Below are positions 1-11,899 of a stretch of 64,000 nucleotides of DNA, one piece after another. Origin of the DNA: Octopus sinensis. Taxonomy: Eukaryota. The position numbers and the translations under genes were made by a program. The notes beneath the pieces are model-generated. The model was not told where the DNA came from. It saw only the letters and a program-made list of their open reading frames with translations, and did no database searches. Positions within the stretch are counted from its first letter, which is position 1. Every line of letters begins with the position of its first letter. The stretch spans positions 4,836,001-4,900,000 of the forward strand of contig NC_043010.1 of NCBI RefSeq assembly GCF_006345805.1, in the 5' to 3' direction.

Positions 1-11
1 GTATATTATAT

Positions 12-417
12 CACCCATAAATTTATTAACCATCTTACAAACAATAACTCTGAACACCTTTTCGAACTCCACCCGTCTAACACCCGTGGACATATTTACA
101 AAGTCAGAAAACAGCACAGCTCCCATGACTTTAGGAAACATTTTTTCATGCTGAGAGTTGCTGAAGCATGGAACAAACTGCCGGCATCAGTTCTTAGTTG
201 TCGGAGCACTGCATCCTTCAAAACTTCCATGCTTTCTGAGATTCGCCAACACTACACCTGATCTTTCTCCTCTCCATACACACGCAAGCATGTATTTGAC
301 TCATGCACTGTTCGCTTTCCAGACATTTGTACATTACTGCATGTACTCTATATGCACTTTCTGATAAGTTGTGGTGCACCTGAGCACTGTATACAATAAT
401 TTCATTATTATTATTAT
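12..417 (+). mobile_element. CR1-clade LINE, 3' end (ORF2 C-terminus, 3' UTR, (ATT)n tail)
   Basis: Translates THKFINHLTNNNSEHLFELHPSNTRGHIYKVRKQHSSHDFRKHFFMLRVAEAWNKLPASVLSCRSTASFK..., stop at 259-261. This carries the CR1 TRGH...FF..RV...WN.LP signature. A near-identical inverted copy lies at 8397-8763. Confidence 0.85.
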
Positions 418-485
418 CATATCTTAAAGATAAGATGATCCTTGTGTGGGGATAACACAGATTTCAACAACAAAAACAATAGCAA

Positions 486-926
486 CATGGCTGTGTGGTA
501 AGAAGTTCGATTTCTGACTACACAGTTTCTAGCTCAACCCCACTGCATGGCACCGTGGGCAAATGTTCCCTATAATAGCCTTGGCTGACCAAAGCCTTGT
601 AAGTGGATTTGGCAGATGTTATGCACCCATGCATGTACATATATGTATAAGTGTGTGTATGCGTGTGCAAACATGTGTGTGTTTGTGTTATTGCCTCCTT
701 GCCTTGACAGTGTGATTAATTGTGAGTGAGTGTCATGTTACAGAAGTAGTGTCCATTATTTTTCAATTTTTTGTGAAAATACGTGTGGCCATGGGGAAAT
801 ATCATCTTACTTGGAAACAAGCAAGGACTGGCAAAAGGAAGGGCATCCAGTCATAAAAAATCTACCTCAGCAAATTTTGTCCAACCTATGCAAGGATGGA
901 AAAGTGTGTGTTAAAATGATGATGAT
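486..926 (+). mobile_element. Diverged SINE: family-A head, internal (TG) microsatellite, family-C-type tail
   Basis: CATGGCTGTGTGGTAAG...GGGCAAATG...CAAAGCCTTGT head; AGGAAGGGCATCCAG...CCAACCTATGC...ATGATGATGAT tail. Confidence 0.7.
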
Positions 927-1310
927 TTCCTGCAACTGTTTTTCCAGTTCAGTGGTTCTCAAATGATGTGTTTCAGTGCCAAGCAAGGAATGGTTAGTTA
1001 GGATTAATAACTAGGAGCACAAAAGATTTTTAAAGATATTTAAAATTATCTATAAAGCTATAAAAATATTTGAAGCACTTAAAAAATGTAATAATAATAA
1101 TAATTTTAATTTGTTTATCATGCAACTTTTCATAAAGCACAGGCAAGCATGGCTCCATGGTTAAAAAGCTTACTTTGCAATCATGTGGTTTTCGGTTCAG
1201 TTCCAGTACACAGCATCTTGGACAAGTGTCACCTACTATAGTTCGATGCTGACCATTGCCTTGTGAGTGAATTTAGTGAGAGAGGAACTGTGTGGAAGCC
1301 TGTCATATTC

Positions 1311-1696
1311 TTTTACTTGTTTCAGTCATTTGACTGCGGCCATGCTGGAGCACTGCCTTTAGTCAAACAAATTGATTCCAGGACTTATTCTTTGTAAGCC
1401 TATTACTTATTCTATTGGTCTCTTTTGACAAGCCACTAAGTTACGAGTATGTAAGCACATCAGGATCGGCTGTCAAGCGATGATTGTTGGATAAATACAA
1501 ATATCTACATACGTATATATATATGTATGTATGTATACGATGGGCTTCTTTCAGTTTCCATCTACCAAATCCACTTAGAAGGCTACGGTTGGCTTGAGGC
1601 TATAATAGAAGACACTTGCCAAAGGTGCTACTCAGTGGGATGGAACCCAGAACCATGTAGTTGGGAAGCAAGCTTCATACCACACAGCCATGCCTG
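1311..1696 (-). mobile_element. SINE family A (tRNA/CORE-type; OR-like octopus SINE, exact name not assignable from memory)
   Basis: Reverse complement of the element at 5112-5532 (TTTTACTTGTTTCAGTCATTTGACTG...CCACACAGCCATGCCTGC). Confidence 0.8.
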
Positions 1697-1934
1697 CTTC
1701 TCCAACATCATCTATTTATCTCTTTCTGTCTGCCCCCTTCTCTCTCTCTCTCTCACTCTGTCTCTCTATTTTTCTCTCAAACTCTATCTCTCCTTCTTTT
1801 CCTACTGGGGTAGCCAAGTATCTCTTCTATAGTTAGACACCTATCTCTATCTTACAAAACTACCTCCCACAGTACCATTCCTTCTCCAAACCAAGGAATC
1901 TTTGTCTTGCATGTTACTTGATGATCCTGCTAGT

Positions 1935-2100
1935 ACTGGTGCCACATAAGAAACATCCAGTACACTCTGTAAAGTTGTTGGCATCAGGAAGAGCATCCAG
2001 CTGTAGAAACTACTCAAAACAGACAACAGAGCCTGTGGCAGTCCTCTAGCTTCCCATTTCCTGTCAAACCATCCAACCCATGCCAGCATGGAAAATAGAA
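1935..2100 (+). mobile_element. Family C repeat, 3' part
   Basis: GTGCCACATAAG...GGCATCAGGAAGAGCATCCAGCTGTAGAAAC...CCAACCCATGCCAGCATGGAAA. Confidence 0.7.
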
Positions 2101-2270
2101 CAGGTATTACATGATAAAAATATATAGAGGGTGTGTCAGTTTTTTTGGGACATCTCTTTGAAGAGCTCTACCTTTCTTCAAACTTATTTTACAGTTTTAT
2201 ATTTAAGAAATGAGGAATTAAGTACATTATTTACAACTGATGGATATTTGTCCTCATTTTGGTTGTTGGT

Positions 2271-2316
2271 AACACAACTTTTTGGCTGATATACCCTCCA
2301 GCCTTCATCAGGTATC
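2271..2316 (-). ncRNA. Degenerate minimal hammerhead ribozyme motif (Penelope-like relic)
   Basis: Reverse complement reads GATAC CTGATGA a GGCTG-gagggtatat-CAGCC aaaa agt t GTGTT. Stems I and II pair, but G12 is mutated to A, so it is probably inactive. Confidence 0.45.
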
Positions 2317-2657
2317 TTGGGGAAATTTGAACATAAAACAGGCAGAATACTGTTGGCCGGATAAGGCCAGTTTAAATGCTAAAGGGTTAATCCAATGGGG
2401 TGTAGTCAAGAGAGGTCAATTGATACCCCCATAACACCATACAATCTTTCAAGTCTTCCATAATCAGCACTATGTCTGTGGTCCTTTGGTGGAAACAAGT
2501 GAAAGGTGTAAATGATAAAAGACGCTCACTCAATAATAATAATAATAATAATAACGGCAGAAGAAGTGGAAGAATTCTGGAGAGAAATATGGTCGGCGAA
2601 CGAACAACCAAAAAAAAGGAGTATTAAAACAACAAACTCAGCATCTGATCAACTTTG

Positions 2658-3147
2658 GTAAATCTTCGAGTATAGTCTACCCTTGAGTATAATACGCAGG
2701 GGATTTTTAGGGGGCTGTACCTCTGAAAAGCCTAAACTTTGTGTATAATACACACCCTGTCTCTAACTTGAGTTAAGGAGGTCTATATAACATCCTTAGT
2801 TTGTAAAAATGTATACAGTAACGTCCTTTATTATTATTGTATATATAACATAATGCAAACGTGTAGCATTTTTGTGCATTTTGTTTGCAGAAAATAAAGA
2901 AATAACAGTAATAACAGTAATAACGTTTAATAAATGTTGCTTACTGTAAGTTATGGATGATTTAAGGTATTTTCACAACAGACATCACAAAATGCGTCTG
3001 AGTAAACATTGGTGGACAGCAAATAGAGACTCGGACATTGCTTAGAAAATAATTTTCAATTTTTAACCTCGTATATAGTACGCACTAGGGATTTTGTCCT
3101 TTAAATTTTGGGGGAAAAATGCGGATTATATTCGAAGATTTACGGTA
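2658..3147. mobile_element. Tc1/mariner-pogo-type MITE
   Basis: Left end GTAAATCTTCGAGTATA; the right end reverse-complements to TACCGTAAATCTTCGAATATA; TA at the right boundary; no coding capacity. Confidence 0.6.
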
Positions 3148-3879
3148 CTCCTCACTTATAATTTCTCTCTAGCATCTCACATACCTCTCTCCCTCACAAA
3201 TACTCATTCTTTCTGCTTCCAATTCTCTACAGTTTTTACTATTGTTTCTCTCTCTTTTGCTCTTCTCTGGCTTACTCCTGATTAATTTTACTGCACAAAT
3301 CTTTTACACTGCCATCTTCCATTTTTCACTTTTACACATTCTCTGAATCAAATTCACATTTTCTAGACGTAAAAAATTATTGTATAATTTATAATATTTA
3401 TGATAGAGTAAAATGGTGAACTTTTTACCGATTTTTCTTCCATTCCTTCTTTCTTTCTTGCTGCTTCTTTCTCTTGTTATATTTTTATACGTATTACATT
3501 TCTTATTTTTATTGTGACTTTCCTCTGCCATTTTCCTTTCCTTCTGTCCCACTCTCTTTCCTTTTCCTCCTTTTCACCAACCTTCTTTTTTTAAAGTTTT
3601 TTACTCTATCAGTATCTCACATATGTAATAATACCTTATGCAGCTGAAAGATTTATATTCATATCTAAATGTTACACTTTTATTATTTATAAAACCTCTT
3701 GATCAAAATTTTATACCTGTATCTATCCAACTTGTAAATTAAAAATAAAGATGTCAGATATTTTTTGATAAATGTCAGAATGGAACTTAGAGTAAATAAC
3801 AGCCAAAATCTCAGTTCGTTAACTTACTTTTATGCATTGACTACTTTTCTTTATGCTTGCACACATGGTAATGCATATG

Positions 3880-4159
3880 CACACATGTATGTGTATGTAT
3901 ATATGTATATATGTATGCATGTATGCATGTACGTATGTATGTATGTATATGTATATATGTATGTATGTATGAATGTATGTATGTATGTATGTATATATAT
4001 GTATATATGTATGTATGTATGAATGTATGTATGTATATATATGTATATATGTATGTATGTATGAATGTATGTATGTATGTATATGTATATATGTATGTAT
4101 ATATATATGTATATATATAAATGTATGTATGTATGTATGTATATATATATGTGTGTGTG

Positions 4160-4202
<43 letters not shown>

Positions 4203-4306
4203 ATGTGGGCATATATATTTATATATAGAGAGAGAAAGAGAGAATGAGAGAGAGAGAAAGATAGAATTAGAGAGAGAGAAAAAGAGAGAGTGAGATAGAT
4301 AGATAG

Positions 4307-4340
<34 letters not shown>

Positions 4341-4345
4341 TACAT
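3880..4345. repeat. Compound (TATG)n/(TA)n/(GA)n/(GATA)n microsatellite
   Basis: Directly visible; it produces the YIHT/MYVC ORFs in the track. Confidence 0.95.
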
Positions 4346-4987
4346 ATATACTGGGTGTGATGGGAAAACTCCTGTCATTTTATATTTGTAATTTTGCACA
4401 AGTGCATTATTTGTTTTTGATTTTGTCGACTACACAGTATAGTAGGGTCAGTTGGGTACCGTCTGTGAGAAAAAACAGCACCATGATGCAATTTGCTCTG
4501 CCAGAAATATGGAAACGACATACTGTACTGCTTGGCACTCGCACTGGAAGTTCCAATACGAACATTTCAAGGATGTAAACAAACCAACACTGCTTGTCAA
4601 GCAGTGATGTGGGACAAACACACACACACACACACACTCAGATAGGGCAAGTGTCTTCTGCTTTAGCCTCAGGCCAACCAGAGCCTTGTGCATGGATTTG
4701 GTAGATGGAAACTGAAAGAAGCCTGTCGTATATGTATGTGCATGTGTCTTTGTGTTTATGTTTGTCCCCCGCCACCTCTCAACACGTGGTATTGGTGTGT
4801 TTACATTTCCATAATTTAGCAGCTTGGCAAAAAGAGACCAATAGATAGAAGGGCCAGACTTGCAAAATATTGGAATCAATTCATCTGACTAACAATACTT
4901 CTAGGCTGTGCTCCAGCATGGCATAGTCTAATGGCTGAGACAAGTAAAAGTTAAATGACAAAGATAAGTACTAAAAAAAAAAAAAAA

Positions 4988-5290
4988 GTCACTTCACACT
5001 GCGGTGGAGTCAATTATTTTCCCTGCAGTGCAAAAACGTCATTAAAACAATGCTAGGAAATTAAGCAGGACAATAAAAGGAAAATTTCCTTCTCAAATGA
5101 TACAGTTTGTAGGCACAGGAGTGGCTGTGTGGTAAGTAGCTTGCTTACCAACCACATGGTTCCAGGTCTATTCCCAGTGTGTGGCACCTTGGGCAAGTGT
5201 CTTCTACTATAGCCTCAGGCCGACCAAAGCCTTGTGAGTGGATTTGGTAGATGGAAACTGAAAGAAGCCTGTCGTATATATATATGTGTA

Positions 5291-5323
<33 letters not shown>

Positions 5324-5690
5324 TTGTGTGTCTGTGTTTGTCCCCCCAACTTCACTTGACAACCGATGCTGGTGTGCTTACGTCCCCGTCACTTAGTGGT
5401 TCGACAAAAGAGACCGATAGAATAAGTACTAGGCTTGCAAAAGATAAGTCCTGGGGTCGATTTACTTGACTAAAGGCGGTGCTCCAGCATGGCTGCAGTC
5501 AAATGACTGAAACAAATTAAAAAATAAAAAAGATAATTTTAATTGTCGGCTAACATTGAGTAAAATGTATGCTGCGATAACCGTCAACATTCAAATTTTG
5601 CTTTGAAAGTTGATGAGTCAATAGACATCACCAATAAAGTGCTATTGGTAATCATTTGTTTTATTGATGGAGATCAAACAGGAATCTGTT
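4988..5690 (+). pseudogene. hAT (Charlie/Buster-like) transposase fragment split by a SINE
   Basis: 4988-5111 gives LHTAVESIIFPA...KTMLGN...SNDTVCR with frameshifts. 5555-5680 gives IE*NVCCDNRQHSNFALKVDESIDITNKVLLVIICFIDGDQ, matching the F.LQ.DESTD catalytic block. A SINE occupies 5112-5532. Confidence 0.7.
5112..5532 (+). mobile_element. SINE family A, full-length, young
   Basis: GGAGTGGCTGTGTGGTAAGTAGCTTGCTTACC (A box), GGTCTATTCCC B-box-like, CORE-like CCTTGGGCAAGTGTCTT, internal (TA/TG) microsatellite, A-rich tail. Confidence 0.9.
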
Positions 5691-5696
5691 TATTTA

Positions 5697-6104
5697 TTCT
5701 TTTACTCTTTTACTCTTTTACTTGTTTCAGTCATTTGACTGTGGCCATGCTGGAGCACCACCTTTAATCGAGCAACTCGACCCCGGGACTTATTCTTTGT
5801 AAGCCCAGTACTTATTCTATCGGTCTCTTTTGCCGAACCGCTAAGTGACGGGGACATAAACACACCAGCATCGGTTGTCAAGCAATGCTAGGGGGACAAA
5901 TACAAACATACACGCACACACACATATACATATATATACATATATATACAACGGGCTTCTTTCAGTTTCCGTCTACCAAATCCACTAACAAAGCTTTTGT
6001 CGGCCCGAGGCTATAGTAGAAGACACTTGCACAAGGTGCCACGCAGTGGGACTGAACCCGGAACCATGTGGTTGGTAAACAAGCTACTTACCACACAGCC
6101 ACTC
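5697..6104 (-). mobile_element. SINE family A, full-length, young
   Basis: (TTTTACTC)n tail to CCACACAGCCACTC head; head-to-head with the next SINE. Confidence 0.9.
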
Positions 6105-6333
6105 GTGGCTGTGTGGTTATGAAACTTATTGCCAATAATGTGACCTTAGGTTTAGTTTGTGGTACTTTGTGATACCTTGAGCAAGTGTATTCTATAGCAC
6201 CAGACTGGCCAAAGCCTTGTGAGTGGATTCAAGTGAGAGGACCTGAAAGAAGCATTTTGTGTGTGTGTGTGTGTGTGCACAAGTGTGTGTGTGTGCACAA
6301 GTGTGTGTGTGTATGTGTGTGTGTGTGTGTGCA

Positions 6334-6388
<55 letters not shown>

Positions 6389-6945
6389 ACAAGTGTGTGT
6401 GTGTGTGTGTATGTGTGCACAAGTGTGTGTGTGTGTATGTGTGCACAAGTGTGTATGTGTGTATGTGTGCACAAGTGTGTGTGTGTATGTGTGTGTGCAT
6501 GTTTATGTGTGTGCATGTGTGTGTGTGCATTGTGTATGTGTGTGCATGTGAGTTTGAGCACGTGTGTGTATGTCTGTAAGTGAATATGCATGTGTGTGTG
6601 CAAATGCATGTGTTTGTGCGTATGTGCATATGTGTATGTGTATCTGTGTGTGTGCATGCACAGGTGTGTGTGTGTGTGCATGTGAGCACGTGTGTGTTTG
6701 TGTGTACCCTCTAATCTTGACACCACATGATGGTTGTAAACATGCATTACCATCATACAAGCATTGTTGTTCATTTCCTGTCTTCTATGGAAAACATGTT
6801 TGGCCATGGAGCAGTGTCACCTTGCTTTGAAATAGGCGAGGGTTGGTGACAGGAAGAGCATCCAGCCCTTAAAAAATCTTGCCTCAACAAATATGTTCTG
6901 ATCCATGTAAACATGGAAGAAACTGATTTTAAATGATGGTTATGA
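6105..6945 (+). mobile_element. SINE with A head and C tail; internal (TG) tract expanded to about 450 bp
   Basis: GTGGCTGTGTGGTT head, CAAAGCCTTGTGAGTGGATT, (TG)n punctuated by GCACAAGT at 6258-6705, then GACAGGAAGAGCATCCAG...ATGATGG tail. Same layout as 486-926. Confidence 0.7.
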
Positions 6946-7010
6946 TAATTTTATAAAGAAATACAAGGTTCAAGAGGTGATGACATATACTTTATCTTAA
7001 ATAATTACCT

Positions 7011-7228
7011 GTTTCTTTGTTACCCACAAGGGGCTAAACACAGAGAGGACAAACGAGGAGAGACAAACGGATTAAGTCGATTACATTGACTCCAGTGCAT
7101 AACTGGTACTTAGTTTATCGACCCCGAAAGGATGAAAGGCAAAGTCGATCTCGGCAGAATTTGAACTCAGAACGTAACGGCTACGCATTTCGCCCGGTGT
7201 GCTAACGTTTCTGCCAGCTCGCCGCCTT
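7011..7228 (-). mobile_element. SINE family B (possibly OK-like), with TSD
   Basis: Reverse complement of AAGGCGGCGAGCTGGCAGAAACGTTAGC...GAGTTCAAATT...CCTTTCATCCTTTCGGGGTCG...AAAGAAAC; flanked by TTAAATAATTACC on both sides. Confidence 0.9.
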
Positions 7229-7506
7229 ATTTATTTTAAATAATTACCATAGGAAATAAGAATTACCATGGAAGTTTCTAAGTAGTATGTATAATGAAGG
7301 AGAGCCTTCAATTGAGCGCTGTATCAAAGGGCTTATAGCACCCTCAAAGAAGCAGAGATCCAGATATTGTTACCATTTATTTCATAGAAAGGTCTTGATT
7401 GCAGAAAAACTTCGAGAACTGAACTGAATCATTCAGCCTGAATATTCTGCTAGTTTTATGTTCAAACCTGTCAGGTGTGGCCTCTCACCTTACAATGCCA
7501 TTCTAG

Positions 7507-7843
7507 GGAAAGTGTCTTCTACTATAGCCTCAGGCTAACCAAAGCCTTGTGAGTGGATTTGGTAGACGGAAACTGAAAAGAGCCCATTGTATATATGTAT
7601 ATATATATGTATGCATGTGTGTGTATATGTTTGTGTGTCTGTGTTTGTCCCCCAAACATTGATTGACAACCGATGTTGGTGTGTTTACGTCCCCATAACT
7701 TAACGGTTCGGCAAAAGAGACCAATAGCATAAGTACTAGGCTTACAAAGAATAAGTCCTGGGGTCGATTTGCTCATCTAAAGGCGGTGCTCCAGCATGGC
7801 CACAGTCAAATGACTGAAACAAGTAAAAGAGTAAAAGAGAGTA
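7507..7843 (+). mobile_element. SINE family A, 5'-truncated
   Basis: Starts at AAGTGTCTTCTACTATAGCC and ends (GTAAAAGA)n. Confidence 0.85.
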
Positions 7844-8396
7844 ATCACATTATTCGAAATCTTGAAGCTACAGGATAATCCAGGATTAACTGAAACTAAT
7901 GTGAATAAACAAGCATTGCATTTGATGAAGTAATCCCAATGCTAAAGAGATAAAGGAGAGACTGAGATTTTTCTTTTGTACTATTAAACATAGAGAATAT
8001 ATTTGAATTTGAAACCCTTTTGTGGAAGTTTCTACAGATGTTGGCTTGAAATTACCAGGAAAATGAACCTCTAAAGTCCACTTCCCAAATTATAGATAGT
8101 CTCTTTGTCTCTTACCAAAGGGATTCTACCAAATATGCCAAAATCTACTCATCATTCTTCCACCAAGATGGTTCAGTATGCAGTACTTTTACAGTAAAAA
8201 AATCCGCAACTCCTGCCTACTTCGGAAAAATACTACAGTGTTCCTGAACTCAAAGAGGGAAAAGTCATGGCCAACAGTTGATAAATTGTTCTCACTTTCG
8301 GAATCTAAGAGGGTGAAGAAAGTCATTAACAATCATTTCACCCCAGTTCTTGTCTTTCATACCCTTTTTTCTGAACATTATTGACCAGCCACATAT

Positions 8397-8763
8397 AATA
8401 ATAATAATAATAATAATGAAATTATTGTATACAGTGCTCAGGTGCACCACAACTTGTCAGAAAGTGCATATAAAGTACATGCAGTAATGTAAAAATGTCT
8501 GGAAAGTGAACAATGTATGAGTCAGATACATGCTTGTGTGTGTATGGAGCGGAGAAAATCAGGTGTAGTGTTGGCGAATCTCAGAAAGCATGGAAGTTTT
8601 GAAGGATGCAGTGCTCCGACAACTAACAACTGATGCCGGCAGTTTGTTCCACGCTTCAGCAACTCTCAGCGTGAAAAAATGTTTCCTAAAGTCATGGGAG
8701 CTGTGCTGTTTTCTGACTTTGTAAATATGTCCACGGGTGTTAGATGGGTGGAGTTTGAAAAGG
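8397..8763 (-). mobile_element. CR1-clade LINE 3' end, same family as 12-417
   Basis: (AAT)n tail, then a reverse-complement match to 55-415 at high identity. Confidence 0.85.
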
Positions 8764-9031
8764 AGATGACACTACACTTTACTCCTTAACTTTCTTCTTA
8801 GAGGTGACATACAAATGCAACATCTACACCAATTCTACGCAGTCTCAATGAGCGGAAACCTTGAAAATAACCTACAGCAGATTCAAGTCATTGTTGACAT
8901 ATTAAGCAGCACAAAAACACAATTTCATCAGTTCAGGCCAAGGAAACAAAATTAAAGTAGTGGTTCCCAGTCTTATCTATACTATACACTTCTACTTAGT
9001 GTTTGATTAATTTTCATAACCTTACAAAAAT

Positions 9032-9470
9032 ATCATCATCATCATCATTATCATCATTTAACATCTGTTTTCCATGCTAGCATGGGTTGGACAGTTTGAC
9101 TGAGGAGAGTCAGGCCAGTAGGCTGAACCAGGCTCCAATCTGATCTGGCAAAATTTCTACAGCTGGATGCCCTTTCTAATGTCAATCACTCCGAGAGTTC
9201 AGATGATGCTTTTTACGTGCCACCAGCATGGCAGCCACTTGGTGGTGGTGGGGGGTCATTGACTCCAACCATGTTCAGAAGGTGCTTTTATGTGCCACCA
9301 GCACGGGAGTCAGTTGGGGGACATTGGCTCTGTCCGCATTTGGGAGGTGCTTTTACATGTCACTAACATAGGAACTAGTCGGGGGTCACTGGCATCGACC
9401 ATGTTCGGATTGTGCTTTTTATGTGCCACTGGCATGGGTGGGGGTAGTCAGACAGCACTGGCATCGACCT
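9032..9470 (-). mobile_element. Family C element with about four internal tandem units
   Basis: (CAT)n tail, CCATGCTAGCATGGGTTGGAC, GGATGCCCTTTCTAA, then repeated GTGCTTTTAYRTGCCAC units. Confidence 0.75.
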
Positions 9471-10135
9471 ATGTTTATGCATTTGTTTTGCAAGATTCTT
9501 GATGTGAAATCATGTGTTGAAACATATATTGCTATACTTGGGGATGGTCATCTATTAAACACATGCACTATATACTTGGTCTTCACTTCCGCTTCATTAT
9601 TATTTCTATTTTAGTGTCCTATGTCTAAGATCGTTCTTCACACATTCTGTGACCTCATCAATGACTCTTTGTCCCACGTGTCACCTCTTGTTCTGTTTAG
9701 ACTAAATAAAACAGGAAGAGACAGGTGGACAATTTCAGGTGAGAGAATAAGTTGATTACATCAACTCCAGTAGTCAACTGGTTCTTATTTTATTGATCTC
9801 AAAAGAATGAAAGGCAAAGTTGACGTCAGAACAATTTGAACTCAGAAAGTAAGGACAGATGAAATGCCTTAAATATATTCTATCAATATTACAAGAACAG
9901 GAATTCTTCTGAACTAACTTGCTGCATATCATTTCTATTCAAGTGGATCCAACACAGTCCTCACCCGTTTTCTTCAAACTTGATGTGACTCAACAACCCA
10001 GCACCATACTAACCACTGAAGCCAATATTCCACCACAGAATACCCACTCCTTCGAAGCCTGTCTACATCCCTGCTTTTCATGCAGAGTTACGGATATTCA
10101 AGCTGAGCATTGACTCTATTGATCTTCCTATATCT

Positions 10136-10552
10136 TATTTCTTTACTGCCCACAAGGGGCTAAATACAGAGGGGGCAAACAAGGACAAACAAACGGATTA
10201 AGTCGATTATATCGACCCCAGTGCGTAACTGGTGCTTAATTTATCGACCCCGAAAGGATGAAAGGCAAAGTCCACCTCGGCGGAATTTGAACTCAGAATG
10301 TAGCGGCAGACGAAATACCTATTTCTTTACTGCCCACAAGGAGCTAAACACAGAGGGGACAAACAAGGACAGACAAACGGATTAAGTCGATTATATCGAC
10401 CCCAGTGCGTAACTGGTCCATAATTTATCGACCCCGAAAGGATGAAAGGCAAAGTCGACCTTGGTGGAATTTGAACTCAGAACGCAGCAGCAGACAAAAT
10501 ACTGCTAAGCATTTCGCTCGGCATGCTAACGTTTCTGCCAGCTCACCGCCTT
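10136..10552 (-). mobile_element. SINE family B dimer with TSD
   Basis: Two tandem monomers joined at GAAATACC|TATTTC (10319/10320); GATCTTCCTATAT flanks both ends. Confidence 0.9.
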
Positions 10553-10959
10553 ATAGATCTTCCTATATAGATCTTCCTATATCTTATTAAGCTCAAGGGA
10601 CTACCCACCCACTTCCTCAAGATTAGGCAGAAAGTAATTTAGCTGTTTAGTTCTCTTAACTGTATATCTTTCATTAGTTGTTTCAATCATAAGGTTGTGA
10701 TGATGCAGGGGCACTGTCTTGAAGGGTTTAGTAACATAGATTAACCCTAAAAATCTATTCTTTTAAAGTCTGGTACTTACTTCATTGCTGAACTCCTATG
10801 TTACGAGGTTGTAAATAAACCAGCACTGGTTGTCAGGCAGTAATTATACTGGAGCAACCACAAGGACACACACAAAGCACAAACACACATATGCACAAAA
10901 ATATACACACAAATATACATACATACTTGCATGCATGCATACATATTTATATGATATGA

Positions 10960-11180
10960 ATTTAAATAGATACATATATATACATATGTATATATATATA
11001 TATATGAGTGTGTGTGTGTGTATGTATATATATATATTTATATATATATGTAATATATATATATATATATATATAGTATATATATATTATATATTATATG
11101 TATATATTATATATAAGTATATATATATATATATATATATCTATATATATATATGTATATATATATAGGTATATATATAA

Positions 11181-11217
<37 letters not shown>

Positions 11218-11325
11218 ATATGTATATATATAATATATATATATATATATTTATATGTATATATATAATATATATATATATATTTATATGTATAATATAA
11301 TATCTCATATATATATAATATATAT

Positions 11326-11377
<52 letters not shown>
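10960..11377. repeat. (TA)n microsatellite array
   Basis: Directly visible. Confidence 0.95.
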
Positions 11378-11511
11378 GTGTTGTGTGTAACATATGGCAT
11401 AATTATAAATGGCAAATTTTCGTCATTTCTCCACAGACTGAAGAAATGACGAACAACCTAAATCGATTTTCAACCTTACTGGGTTTCATCAGAGGCCTCT
11501 ACATGGGTCTG

Positions 11512-11564
<53 letters not shown>

Positions 11565-11566
11565 TA

Positions 11567-11611
<45 letters not shown>

Positions 11612-11744
11612 CAGACCCATGTAGAGGCCTGATGAAACCCAGTAAGGTTTGAAAATCGATTTAGGTTGTTCGTCATTTCTTCAGTCTGTGGAGAAATGAC
11701 GAAAATTTGCCATTTATAATTATGCCATATGTTACACACAACAC
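11378..11744. repeat. 142-bp inverted repeat around a (TA)n spacer
   Basis: 11378-11519 is the reverse complement of 11603-11744, apart from a 2-nt and a 1-nt indel. Confidence 0.9.
11455..11497 (-). ncRNA. Minimal type-I hammerhead ribozyme motif
   Basis: Reverse complement: GGCCT CTGATGA AACC-cagtaa-GGTT GAAA ATCGAT T T AGGTT. Full core, 4-bp stem II, palindromic helix III (AATCGATT), 5-bp stem I with two G-U pairs, UUU triplet. Confidence 0.55.
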
Positions 11745-11899
11745 ACACACACCACACATGCATATGCTGGCTTTCATGCAGTGGGATTGAACCAGGAACT
11801 AAGTAGTTCTAAAACAAGCTACTTATCCATGTAACCAACTACACACACACACACACACACAAACTTCTATATTTTGAATCTGCAAGTCAATATATTCTT

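Larger units (their letters stand above)
8030..10130 (+). pseudogene. Old CR1/L2-group LINE reverse-transcriptase relic, fragmented by three younger insertions
   Basis: Pieces: ...TAT | GGA GAT GAC ACT ACA CTT (YxDD-TTL, split by the 8397-8763 insertion); MSGNLENNLQQI...STKTQF (8860-8930); YCYTWGWSSIKH (9520-9560, cf. YC.HIWGGS); IPAFHAELRIFKLSIDSIDL (10065-10125). The 8030-8390 part is only weakly assignable. Confidence 0.5.

Noticed and set aside
2553-2612. ITAEEVEEFWREIWSA, reminiscent of an R4/Dong ORF segment
   Set aside because: Only about 20 codons with no flanking support.
5112-5200. tRNA-like A/B boxes as real tRNA genes
   Set aside because: They are SINE heads followed by SINE bodies, and no full cloverleaf is evident.
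6090-6120. Palindrome ACCACACAGCCAC-TC-GTGGCTGTGTGGT
   Set aside because: Explained by head-to-head adjacency of two SINE-A heads of different ages.
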